A DNA stretch of 64,000 bases from Bacteroidales bacterium UBA1711 (GTDB lineage: Bacteria > Bacteroidota > Bacteroidia > Bacteroidales > P3). Positions 1 through 8,670 of the stretch are shown here, piece after piece. The stretch's first letter is position 1. The number at the start of each line of letters is the position of its first letter. The notes under the pieces are model-generated. The model saw nothing but the letters and a program-made list of their open reading frames with translations, searched no databases and was not told the DNA's origin. The stretch is from the NCBI GenBank assembly GCA_002317325.1, contig DCJB01000092.1:395-64394 (forward strand), written 5' to 3'. Both the position numbers and the translations under genes were made by a program.

Positions 1-143
1 CTGTCGCTGGACTCCTTTTGGCAACAACGCCCACCCTGCCACGCCTTTGTTGTTGAATGGATTCGTTGATGTTGGAAGCCATCCACGCTGCAAATATACA
101 ACTTTTCCCCCAATTCCCCGCACATTCGTCTATCTTTTTTATA

Positions 144-152
144 GGGGGGGGG
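144..152. repeat. G9 homopolymer
   Basis: Read directly: ataGGGGGGGGGtatc. Confidence 0.95.
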
Positions 153-175
153 TATCTGCCTAATATTAAATTAGA

Positions 176-183
176 TACATTTG
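176..183 (+). promoter_or_regulatory. Bacteroidetes -7 box TACATTTG (orphan, no downstream ORF)
   Basis: Matches TAnnTTTG. A G9 tract lies 24 nt upstream. Confidence 0.3.
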
Positions 184-480
184 CACTTTTTTCCTGTCGT
201 CGCCCTACACCAAGGCTTTTTTGCCTTGATTATTCGCTCTTTTCATCCTTTTTCAGAGCCAAACCCCTCCTCGTCAGCCGCCCCAACTGGCCGATTCGGC
301 TGCTCCCGCAAGGGCGGACTTACCCCTCTCTGCTGCCTCGCAAAACCATCCTACAGGTCCACCTCTTTTCGCCCGGCCGAACCACCCCAAGGATTCCTTT
401 GGATGCCGGGTCTTGAATATTCCTTAGCCCAGTGCCTTCCGAACACTCGGACAACTCGACCCAGTGCCTGGAGCCTCTCA

Positions 481-855
481 CTAGTCAAGGAACACATCGA
501 GCGTCACACACTGGCGTTCAGAAACAGCCACACCCACCACACTCCGCCAAAACAGCCCCTTGTGCAGCGTCTGCGCCACCGTCATGTCTGCCCCCTCCAG
601 CGCCGCCCCATTCTTCCCGACATCGAAGACGAGCAGAATGGCCACCAAGACGGTGTCTAACCACGCCACGGTGAAGAATACGCCGGCAAACACGCCCTTC
701 ACACCCATGCACAGGCTGTAGTGCAGCACAGGGAATATCAGCAGCAGCACGAAGCTGACCACCGCCCACAGCAACAGGGCGCTGTTGCCCTGCTGAAGGG
801 TGAAGCTCGACTCGTCGAAGCCCGTGACGGCATTGACGATAAAACCTAAGTTCAA
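481..855 (-). CDS. hypothetical small membrane protein
   Basis: 124-aa ORF whose track start is TTG. Two hydrophobic helices (ALLLWAVVSFVLLLIFPVL, GVFAGVFFTVAWLDTVLVAILLVF). GC3-rich codons like the neighbouring genes. No family recognised. Confidence 0.4.
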   Translation of the reverse strand: MNLGFIVNAVTGFDESSFTLQQGNSALLLWAVVSFVLLLIFPVLHYSLCMGVKGVFAGVFFTVAWLDTVLVAILLVFDVGKNGAALEGADMTVAQTLHKGLFWRSVVGVAVSERQCVTLDVFLD

Positions 856-987
856 CTAATAAATGCAACTCCTAATTTCCAATAGGAAGTGTAACTTTTG
901 AGTCCAACATCAAGGTGCAGAAGGTGTATAACGTCGGCACCTGAAAAAGAAAAAGACCCGATTCTGAGCTGAATGGAAAAAAATGCT

Positions 988-995
988 TACCTTTG
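988..995 (+). promoter_or_regulatory. -7 box TACCTTTG for the R-M operon
   Basis: TAnnTTTG 40 nt upstream of the ATG at 1035. Confidence 0.55.
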
Positions 996-1034
996 CAACG
1001 AAGAGGTTTGGTATTACTTCTCGTGTAATCAATT

Positions 1035-1271
1035 ATGGAACAGAACGCATTGCGGCTCACCTTCAGAGGGGACTCCCACCAAATCGACACGAATACGCTC
1101 ATCGCCGAACTGACACACATCACAACTGTCATCAATCAAGTGAACGCCGAAATCGGCAAAGGCTCTCGTGCCATCAATACCAACGTCACAACCATCGAGA
1201 AAAAGCGGCAGCAATTCGCATTCACCCCCTTCGCCATCAATGTGGAACGAGAAACAATTATGCTGAGATGA
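1035..1271 (+). CDS. small hypothetical protein (78 aa), first ORF of the R-M operon
   Basis: ATG lies about 40 nt downstream of the TACCTTTG promoter box. Its stop overlaps the methyltransferase ATG (ATGA at 1268-1271). No helix-turn-helix or known family recognised. Confidence 0.45.
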   Translation: MEQNALRLTFRGDSHQIDTNTLIAELTHITTVINQVNAEIGKGSRAINTNVTTIEKKRQQFAFTPFAINVERETIMLR

Positions 1272-2308
1272 CTCCATTGCAAGAAAACGAGAGATATAAA
1301 TTTTACTTGGGGGACTGTATGTCCGTTTTGAAGCAAATGGACGACAGGTCGGTCAACTGCATCATCACGTCGCCACCCTACTGGGGAATGCGCTCGTATG
1401 ATAATGGGAGCGACGTACACGAGATAGGCAACGAGAATCGGTTTGAGCAATACGTCTCGGCATTGACAGAGATTTTTGACGAAGCCCGCCGTGTGCTGAA
1501 AGACGATGGGTCGTTTTGGCTCAACTTGGGCGACAAATATGTTGACAAAGCCCTCTTGGGTATGCCGTGGCGCGTCGCAATTTCCCTTATCGACAGCGGA
1601 TGGATTATGCGGAATGATGTGATATGGCACCAACTGAAGGGGACACAGAGCGCCAAGGACAGGTTGAGGGATTCATACGAGCACGTCTTCCACTTCGTGA
1701 AGTCGAAAAAGTACTATTACGATGCCGACGCCATCCGCATTAAGCCCTCAAAGTTGCCCGTAATAGATGCCGAAGCCACAACCTCCTCGACGGGCGTGAG
1801 CGGGAAAAAGTACCGCAGGCTCATCGCCGAAAGCACCGAGTTGACCGAGCAGGAGAAGGCGAATGCGACAAAGGCGCTTGACGAGGTGCTGGCAGAGATA
1901 CGCTCCGGGCTGGTGAACGACTTCCGTATGACCATCAGAGGGGCGCAGCGAACCTGGCACAGCGACGATGTCAAAATCAGCGGCAGGGCAAAGGAACTCG
2001 TCAACCGGGGCTACTACATCATGAAGATTTATGCCAAAGGACACCTTCCGAGCGATGTTTGGAACATCGTCACCGAGGACACCTGGCGCACCGACAAACA
2101 CTGTGCGGTATATCCCGAGGAACTGCTGAGAATCCCCATACTGGCCACCTGCCCCGAAGGAGGCATCGTACTGGACCCGTTCAACGGCACGGGAACCACT
2201 GTCTCGGCCTCGCTCAAACTTGGGCGGAAAGGGGTCGGAATCGACCTGAGTCCCGAGTATATCAAAACCTCGAAAGACAGAATCGCTAATAATGGAACGC
2301 TGCTATGA
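1268..2308 (+). CDS. DNA methyltransferase, beta-class amino-MTase (N4-cytosine or N6-adenine; SPPY favours m4C)
   Basis: Motif IV IITSPPYWGMRSYD lies N-terminal to motif I VLDPFNGTGTTVSASLKLGRKGVGIDL. The internal ATG at 1268 is chosen because the upstream part of the track ORF (983-1267) is R/H/Q-rich junk. Confidence 0.9.
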   Translation: MTPLQENERYKFYLGDCMSVLKQMDDRSVNCIITSPPYWGMRSYDNGSDVHEIGNENRFEQYVSALTEIFDEARRVLKDDGSFWLNLGDKYVDKALLGMPWRVAISLIDSGWIMRNDVIWHQLKGTQSAKDRLRDSYEHVFHFVKSKKYYYDADAIRIKPSKLPVIDAEATTSSTGVSGKKYRRLIAESTELTEQEKANATKALDEVLAEIRSGLVNDFRMTIRGAQRTWHSDDVKISGRAKELVNRGYYIMKIYAKGHLPSDVWNIVTEDTWRTDKHCAVYPEELLRIPILATCPEGGIVLDPFNGTGTTVSASLKLGRKGVGIDLSPEYIKTSKDRIANNGTLL

Positions 2309-3198
2309 CGGATAAGAGAATCGGGAAACATCCCGTTGAAGTGTTTGGCTATGACTTTGAGGACAAATCGGAGTCCTGCCGGCTTGCCATCAAACAACAA
2401 TACTGCAAGTATATTAAGGGGACTTGCGTGAAGCCAAGGAAAAGCGAGCCGAATGTCAAGGTGGGCATTTGCTCAGTGGGTTCGTCTGTCAACAAGGGCA
2501 AAGAGATAAAGCCGGTAATCATCTGTCCTCAAAGATTTAAAGAGGAGTCCATGTTTGAGGCCATTCGGAGAGAGTATCTCTCGAAGTGGAAGAATGTCAA
2601 ATGGATTCAAGAGGTGAATCTTGGGGTTGGCGGCAATGTGGACTATGTAGCGGTGGAGGTTGACAAATACGACAGGGTGAAAGACTTCTTATGCGTTGAG
2701 ATTCAGGCAGCCGGAACAACTGGCACGCCCTACCCCTACGTCAAAGAGCTAATCGAGACGGGCGGCTACACCGGCTCCAAGAAACCGAGTTTTGGCATAA
2801 ATTGGGCAAACGAGTTTGCAAAAACCATGATGCAGCAAGCCTACAAGAAGGGAAAGATTGTGGAGAGTTGGCACAGAAAGATTGTTTTCGTTGTGCAGGA
2901 TTTGGCTATCGACTACCTGCAGGCCACCACCGACTGCTCCAAGCTGACTGCCTCCAATCCCGGGTCCCCTGTGGATTTCTGCACTTTCCGATTGGAGTGG
3001 TCAGACCAGGCTAAGTGGTCGCTGGCATTCGACCAAATCAGAAGCACGACCATCGAAGGCATCAACCTAATCATCGGAGGAGCCCGAGTGAGCGAATACC
3101 CCACAGAAGCCGAGTTTATCGGCTCAATTGTCAAAAAGGGCATTTCCGACGGTGTCCTGCAGAGCAACGACCACACGAGAAGCCTATTGAGCCGATAG
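2305..3198 (+). CDS. type II restriction endonuclease, NotI family
   Basis: ATGA overlap with the MTase stop. N-terminal Cys cluster (C25, C34, C41, C56, C74), followed by VDYVAVE...FLCVEIQAAGTTG and FAKTMMQQAYKKGK blocks that match my recollection of the NotI family. Confidence 0.75.
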   Translation: MTDKRIGKHPVEVFGYDFEDKSESCRLAIKQQYCKYIKGTCVKPRKSEPNVKVGICSVGSSVNKGKEIKPVIICPQRFKEESMFEAIRREYLSKWKNVKWIQEVNLGVGGNVDYVAVEVDKYDRVKDFLCVEIQAAGTTGTPYPYVKELIETGGYTGSKKPSFGINWANEFAKTMMQQAYKKGKIVESWHRKIVFVVQDLAIDYLQATTDCSKLTASNPGSPVDFCTFRLEWSDQAKWSLAFDQIRSTTIEGINLIIGGARVSEYPTEAEFIGSIVKKGISDGVLQSNDHTRSLLSR

Positions 3199-3230
3199 CG
3201 TGATGTCCGCGCCAGCCTGTGGCTGTCCCG

Positions 3231-3911
3231 CTATTCGGCCTCTTTTTGTTCGGCTTCTTTCTCTTTGCGGCTCCGCAGGTCGGTGAGTATCTCGCCGTTG
3301 TAGGTGAAGTAGAGGGTGCCTTGTATCGGGTGGGTCAGCCCTTTCAGCTTTTGGGCGAGGGCGGAGACTGACGTGGTCTCGCCAGCGTATGTGATTCGGC
3401 GGTCGTCAACCACCACGGGCCTTATGCGCTCGTCCTCGATGAAGACCAGTTCCGCCCCAGGCTGGATTCCGTACTCGGCAAAGTTGAAATTCTTGCGGCG
3501 GGTGACTTCGGAGATTTCGCGGGCTATCTTCTCATCTTCCTGCTCGTGCCCCTCGGGGGTGAGCTTCTTCAGCCGGTCGGTGGTGCCGCTGATTTTGGCT
3601 ATCGCGTCCAACAGATTGTAAGCTTCCTCGGCCGACATGGCATAGAACTCCCGCACCCGCTTCTTGCCGTCGAAACTGTCGAGCGAGCGGAGGTCGGGGT
3701 TGAGGTTGTCGATAAGCCCGTGGAGGACTTTGTCGGTGAGACGGTCGCGGACTTCGTACATGGCGTATGCCCTGAATGCAAAGGGAATGCATTCGCTATT
3801 GTTCAGCTGCCTGAGCCGCTGCTCTATATTGTCGGCATAGCCGATTTTCACGTAGTCGGGAAAGGAGGGATTGGTCAGGATGTAAATGACCCCGCTGTGT
3901 TCTTTTTCCAT
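3231..3911 (-). CDS. GIY-YIG / T5orf172 domain protein with C-terminal DUF4357-like region
   Basis: GVIYILTNPSFPDYVKIGYADNIEQRLRQLNN...REFY is the T5orf172 (Mug113-type GIY-YIG) signature. Internal ATG at 3911. Starts only 7 nt downstream of the preceding lipoprotein gene. Confidence 0.8.
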   Translation of the reverse strand: MEKEHSGVIYILTNPSFPDYVKIGYADNIEQRLRQLNNSECIPFAFRAYAMYEVRDRLTDKVLHGLIDNLNPDLRSLDSFDGKKRVREFYAMSAEEAYNLLDAIAKISGTTDRLKKLTPEGHEQEDEKIAREISEVTRRKNFNFAEYGIQPGAELVFIEDERIRPVVVDDRRITYAGETTSVSALAQKLKGLTHPIQGTLYFTYNGEILTDLRSRKEKEAEQKEAE

Positions 3912-3918
3912 AATGAAC

Positions 3919-4473
3919 CTATTTGGAGAAGGTGTGGGTCTTGGACAGCGTTTTGGAGAGCAGGGCGGCGAGGTCGTCCAGATGGGTGGCAAGGTATGAG
4001 CCTTTCATGCCTTTGTAATAGATGTCGTTCTCTTCGCCGACAAAGGAGGGCGATCCGCCGGCTGCGGCCTGTGTGAAGCCCACTTTGTAGGCAAGTCCGA
4101 AGGTGTATTTCTTGGTGGTGTCGGGTGTGAATGAAGCCTTTGGGGTGACGGTGACCTTGATTTCGCCCTGCGAGGGAACGGCCGTGGCGACGGCTTCGAG
4201 GCGGAGCGAGTCGCCCGCGAGTGTTCCGCTCTTCCTATCGGCGCCTGCCGTCACTTCGGCGGCTATGTCGAACATCTCGAGGATGGAGTCGTTGAGGCGG
4301 ACGGTCTGCCCCGTGGGCAGGGTGATGTCCGTGTTGAGCCGCAGCAGAAGGATGGAGGCGGCACGCGTCTCTGCCGCGGCAGAGGAATTGTCTTTCTTGC
4401 ACGAAATGCCTAAGCAGCAGCCCAAAAGCACCGCAGCGGCTGCCGCAAGATTGATTATTGACGGTCTTTTCAT
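3919..4473 (-). CDS. hypothetical lipoprotein
   Basis: Starts MKRPSIINLAAAAAVLLGCCLGISCKKD (signal peptide plus lipobox). Lies 20 nt downstream of the ABC permease on the same strand. Confidence 0.6.
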   Translation of the reverse strand: MKRPSIINLAAAAAVLLGCCLGISCKKDNSSAAAETRAASILLLRLNTDITLPTGQTVRLNDSILEMFDIAAEVTAGADRKSGTLAGDSLRLEAVATAVPSQGEIKVTVTPKASFTPDTTKKYTFGLAYKVGFTQAAAGGSPSFVGEENDIYYKGMKGSYLATHLDDLAALLSKTLSKTHTFSK

Positions 4474-4493
4474 CGCTTTATGGTTTTGGTAGG

Positions 4494-5858
4494 CTATTTT
4501 CTGACTTTGAGGAAATGGGCGAGGTCTTTCCAAGTGAGTTTCCGGCCGTAGTGGAGGATGCCGTTGCGGTAGATTTTGGAGGCGGCCCAGATGCAGCAGG
4601 GGAAGGCGGCGAGGAGCAGCACCATGGAGAGGACCAGCTGGCCTATCTTCACCCCAAAGGGAATGCGGAGGAGCATGGCCACAGGCGAGGTGAAGGGGAT
4701 GACGGAGAGCCACACACTCAATGTGCCCGAAGGCTCCTGAATCATGGCGGGCATGAGCAGTATGCACAGCACCAGAGGTATGGTGACGGGGATGGTGAAC
4801 TGCTGCGAGTCGGTCTCGCTATCAACCAGCGACCCCACGGCGGCAAAAAGCGAGGCGTAGAGCAGGTAGCCCACCACAAAGTAGAAGAGGAACAGCGCGG
4901 CAAGGAGTCCGAAGTTGATGGAGGAGAGCCCTTCGATGAGCTCCAGCACCGACTTGTCGGCTCCCTCGCCGGCCTGATAGCGGGCTTCGTCGAGCTGGGC
5001 CGCCGCCATTTGGGCGGTGGCATCGCTGCCTTTGGTGGCAATTTCGGTGAGGTTGCGGTTCTTCAGGGCTTGGTCGAAAAGGTCGGCATGGGCGAGGCGG
5101 AGGCCGCCCAACGCCGCTCCCGACAGCATGACCCACAGCACGAACTGGGTGAGGCCCACCAGCCCTATGCCCACCACCTTGCCCATCATCAGCTGAAAGG
5201 GCTTGACGCTGCTCACGATGACTTCGACAATGCGGGAGGATTTCTCCTCCATCACCCCCCTCATCACTTGCGAACTGAAGAGGAACACGGCCATGAACAC
5301 CAGCAGCGCCAGCAGCCCCCCCACCGCCATTTTTACTTTGAGGAAGCCGTCGCGCCCGGTCTCTATATCCTGCGTCCGCAGGGTCATGCGGGTGGAGGTG
5401 AGCATGGCGTACTCGTCGGGGGTGATACCGTGTATGTCGATGAGTATGCGGTTGCGGAGTATCTCCTGAAGCTGGGCTTCCACGTCGGTCTGCACCGCCA
5501 CCGACGGCAGGTCGGAGCGGTAGTAGAGATAGGCGTTGGTGGGAAGCATGGTCTCGGTGCGCGGCACATAGACAATGGCGTCGATGGTGTCGGACTGCTC
5601 CATCTGCCGTTTGGCGAAGTCCAAGCTCCCCGCTCCGAGATAGGTCACCTCACGCACCGAGCGAAACTCGCTCTCAAAGAGGCCCGTCTCGTCGGCCACC
5701 AGCACATTGGCGTGCTCAATAGGTTTGGAGGCCAGCACTATGGGGATGGCATAAAGGCCGGCTATGAGAATTGGCACCACGATGGTGAGAATCCAAAAGG
5801 AGGGTTTGCGGACGCGGGTGAGGTACTCGCGCTGGATGACAAGCAGGGTCTTGGACAT
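4494..5858 (-). CDS. ABC-2 type exporter permease (NatB-like)
   Basis: 454 aa. One N-terminal TM helix, a large extracytoplasmic loop, then a C-terminal multi-TM ABC-2 block. Follows the ATPase gene. Confidence 0.85.
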   Translation of the reverse strand: MSKTLLVIQREYLTRVRKPSFWILTIVVPILIAGLYAIPIVLASKPIEHANVLVADETGLFESEFRSVREVTYLGAGSLDFAKRQMEQSDTIDAIVYVPRTETMLPTNAYLYYRSDLPSVAVQTDVEAQLQEILRNRILIDIHGITPDEYAMLTSTRMTLRTQDIETGRDGFLKVKMAVGGLLALLVFMAVFLFSSQVMRGVMEEKSSRIVEVIVSSVKPFQLMMGKVVGIGLVGLTQFVLWVMLSGAALGGLRLAHADLFDQALKNRNLTEIATKGSDATAQMAAAQLDEARYQAGEGADKSVLELIEGLSSINFGLLAALFLFYFVVGYLLYASLFAAVGSLVDSETDSQQFTIPVTIPLVLCILLMPAMIQEPSGTLSVWLSVIPFTSPVAMLLRIPFGVKIGQLVLSMVLLLAAFPCCIWAASKIYRNGILHYGRKLTWKDLAHFLKVRK

Positions 5859-5867
5859 GACGGTCGG

Positions 5868-6581
5868 TTAGTGGTTTTGGGTGACGGTGTCGATAAAGAT
5901 TCGCTCCAGCCCTTTGCCGGGGTGGGCAGCGAGGAGGGCGGGCAGCGATCCGGACAGCACCACCTGCGAGCGGTTGATGAGGACGATGTCGTCGCACAGC
6001 TCTTCGGCCGAGGCCATGTTGTGGGTGGAGAAGATGATGGTGGCCCCCTGCGCTTTGAGGCGCAGCATCTCCCGTTTCAGCAGGTCGGCATTCACGGGGT
6101 CGAAGCCGCTGAACGGCTCGTCGAAGATGAGCAGCCGCGGGGCGTGCAGCACCGTCACCACAAACTGCACCTTCTGCTGCATTCCCTTGGAGAGTTCCTC
6201 CACGCGGCGGTTCCACCAGTCGTCGATGTCAAACCGCCGAAACCACTCGTGCAGCCGCCGCTCGGCTTCGCCCTTGTCCAGCCCTTTGAGGCGGGCGAGA
6301 TATACCGCCTGGTCGCCCACGCGCATTTTCTTGTACAAGCCCCGCTCTTCGGGCAGGTAGCCTATCTGCTCCACATCGGCGTCGGTCATGGGCCGGCCGT
6401 CGAAGAGCAGCCGTCCGCTGTCGGGTGCGATGATGTGGTTGATGATGCGGATGAGGGTGCTTTTGCCCGCCCCGTTGGGGCCGATAAGGCCGAACACGGT
6501 GCCGGGGCGGACGCTGAGGCTCACATTGTCCAACGCCCGAAAGGTGCCGTAGGTCTTGGTGATATTTTCGATTTGAAGCAT
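5868..6581 (-). CDS. ABC transporter ATP-binding protein
   Basis: Walker A GPNGAGKST, signature LSKGMQQKV, Walker B LLIFDEP. Confidence 0.95.
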   Translation of the reverse strand: MLQIENITKTYGTFRALDNVSLSVRPGTVFGLIGPNGAGKSTLIRIINHIIAPDSGRLLFDGRPMTDADVEQIGYLPEERGLYKKMRVGDQAVYLARLKGLDKGEAERRLHEWFRRFDIDDWWNRRVEELSKGMQQKVQFVVTVLHAPRLLIFDEPFSGFDPVNADLLKREMLRLKAQGATIIFSTHNMASAEELCDDIVLINRSQVVLSGSLPALLAAHPGKGLERIFIDTVTQNH

Positions 6582-6594
6582 GGCGTAATGACGG

Positions 6595-8670
6595 TCAGGA
6601 GGTATGGGTGCCGCGGCTGAGGCGAATCAGCGCCGTCTCGGCCAGCAGGCAGAGGAGGGCCGCCAGCAGGCACCACCGCCACAGGGGTGTCCCCTCGGTG
6701 CGGCGGCGGACGTAGTCCTCCATCGATTTGCGGGCGTTGGGCGCCACCTCGGCATTGGCTATCCCCGCTTCGCGGAGCAGCCCTTTCAGTTCGGCCCGGC
6801 TGTAGAAGTCGAGTTCCGACTCTTGGCGGCTGTAGTTGAACGAGAGCCCTTCGGCGGCGGTGTCGGAGGGGGCGGCAAGGTGGTAGTTGCCCGCCGCGGC
6901 CACTTCGCCGTGAGGCACGAGAAACTGGATTCCGCCGACGGTGCGGAGGTCGGGAATCAGGTCTGCGCCCTCCTTCGCGCGCTTTTGTCCGGGCTGGGGT
7001 CGGGCGGTGAGGTGGGGCGGACGGTCGGGGTCGTAGCGCCGGGCCAGCCGGATGGGGTCGGCACAGGAAAGCGAGTGGCAGGGCGCGGTACGGGGCGAGG
7101 CAAAAAGCGCCATATTGTAGAGTGCCGGCACAAAGAGCGCCTGTTGTACAAAGTCGGTGTATTCGGGCCGCAGGGGGCCGGCAAAGAGATAGACCCTGCC
7201 GCCGCCGCAGGGGGTGGCGGTGAGGTAGCCGTCGCCGCTATTGAGCCGTATCACGGGCGTTGCCGCCGTGCCCTGCGGGGCGGTCAGCCGGAAAAAACCG
7301 TCGGCGGTGGGCATCTCCGCCTCGTCGTGCCTCCCCCGAAAGACCCCCCGGAAGAGGTCGTGGTCGAAGTCGATTGCGGCGGCACGCGCCTTCTCCCCCT
7401 TCCACGGCCCAATCAGCGGGGCGTGGAGGGCGGCGAGCAGCTGGTTGTAGGTGTCGGGGTCGGCATCGCGTGCCGGCACCGCAAGGAGGGTGCCGCCCTG
7501 CTCGGCAAAAGTCGTCAGCGCCTGCGCCAGTCCCGACGGGATGGTGCGGAGTTCGTTCAGGACGATAAAGTTGTGGTCGGTCAGGCGGGTGTAGTCCACC
7601 TGCGTGGGGACGGTGGTGCGATAGCAAACCAGCGAGTCGCCCTCGAAGAGGCGGCGCAGGAACGGGTTCTCGTCCTCGCCGATGGCCAGCATGGGGGTCC
7701 GGCTCCGCACGTCGAGGGTGAAGAAGCAGCGGTCGTCGAAGGTGATGGGATAGTCGGTCGTCTCCACATAGCCCTGCAAGGGACCGGCTTGGTCGATGGT
7801 GAAGGCGAGGGTGGCGGTGGCGGAGCTGCCCGCTGCAATATCGACCGAGGCGAGCGCCCGCTGCCGTCCCTCCACAAAGAGGCGGAGCGGCACCTCCTCG
7901 ACGGCGGAACCGCCGTAGTTCTTCACCGTGGCACGCACCTGCACCGAGGCGCCGGGGAAGTAGGCCGGGCAGTCAAACGCTATGCTGTCGATGAACAGGT
8001 TGTCGGCCTTGGTGCCTTCGAGGTGGATGAAGGTGGGCTGGACGGCGCTGTCCGACGGGCAGGAGGCTATGTCGGCTGTCGATTGCTGGAAGTCGCTCAA
8101 GAGGTAGGCGTGGCGGTTGGCGGCGGGACTGGAGCGGAGGAAGTCGTTTTGGCGGGTGGCGATGGCGGAGAGCGGGACAGTGACGGGCGAAATCTTCAGG
8201 TCTTCGACGGCGGAGAGGAACTCCTCGCGGCTGAGCCAGCGAAACTGGCCGCCCGAGGCGTCGTTGGTGAGCAGCTGAAACTGGTCGCCGGGGCGGTAGG
8301 CGGCGGCAATTTCGCGGGCTTTCTGCTTGGCCGACTCCACGAGGCTTCCGTCCATGCCGCCGCACTCCATGCTGAACGAGTTGTCGATATATACGCTCAC
8401 GGCGGTGCCGCCCGGCTGCTGCCGCCCCTGCGGGCGCCGGACGACGGGCTGGCAGAAGGCCAGCACTAAAAAGACCACAAAGAGTATGCGGGCCGCCAAG
8501 ATGAGCAGCCGCCGAAGGTTGTTCTGCCGGCGGTTCTCGTTCTGCAGTTCCTGCAGCATGACCACATTGCTGAAATAGACCTTCCGGTAGCGCCGCAGCT
8601 GGAGCAGGTGGATGGCAATGGGTATTCCCACGCCCAAGAGGCCGAGGAGGAAGAGCGGGTGTGTCAGCAT
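6595..8670 (-). CDS. BatA-domain (N-terminal double-TM) protein
   Basis: Internal ATG gives MLTHPLFLLGLLGVGIPIAIHLLQLRRYRK, the aerotolerance BatA-type N-terminus. Large soluble remainder of the protein. Confidence 0.7.
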   Translation of the reverse strand: MLTHPLFLLGLLGVGIPIAIHLLQLRRYRKVYFSNVVMLQELQNENRRQNNLRRLLILAARILFVVFLVLAFCQPVVRRPQGRQQPGGTAVSVYIDNSFSMECGGMDGSLVESAKQKAREIAAAYRPGDQFQLLTNDASGGQFRWLSREEFLSAVEDLKISPVTVPLSAIATRQNDFLRSSPAANRHAYLLSDFQQSTADIASCPSDSAVQPTFIHLEGTKADNLFIDSIAFDCPAYFPGASVQVRATVKNYGGSAVEEVPLRLFVEGRQRALASVDIAAGSSATATLAFTIDQAGPLQGYVETTDYPITFDDRCFFTLDVRSRTPMLAIGEDENPFLRRLFEGDSLVCYRTTVPTQVDYTRLTDHNFIVLNELRTIPSGLAQALTTFAEQGGTLLAVPARDADPDTYNQLLAALHAPLIGPWKGEKARAAAIDFDHDLFRGVFRGRHDEAEMPTADGFFRLTAPQGTAATPVIRLNSGDGYLTATPCGGGRVYLFAGPLRPEYTDFVQQALFVPALYNMALFASPRTAPCHSLSCADPIRLARRYDPDRPPHLTARPQPGQKRAKEGADLIPDLRTVGGIQFLVPHGEVAAAGNYHLAAPSDTAAEGLSFNYSRQESELDFYSRAELKGLLREAGIANAEVAPNARKSMEDYVRRRTEGTPLWRWCLLAALLCLLAETALIRLSRGTHTS

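Noticed and set aside
57-660. ORFs at 57-416, 181-660 and 432-674 at the left edge, and the idea that 200-480 (minus strand) encodes RNase P RNA or tmRNA
   Set aside because: The ORF translations are low-complexity. A partial AAGTCCG match to the RNase P CR-I is not accompanied by the other conserved blocks, and there is no tRNA-like 3' end for tmRNA. The region is kept only as an unexplained non-coding region.
983-1267. N-terminal 95-aa extension of the methyltransferase ORF
   Set aside because: The extension is R/H/Q-rich and overlaps a better small ORF in another frame. The conserved MTase sequence begins at the ATG at 1268.
4458-6620. 720-aa plus-strand ORF spanning the ABC operon
   Set aside because: It is antisense to two genes with unambiguous ABC motifs. 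The translation is G/H/E/V/A-rich with no motifs, a typical GC-driven shadow ORF.
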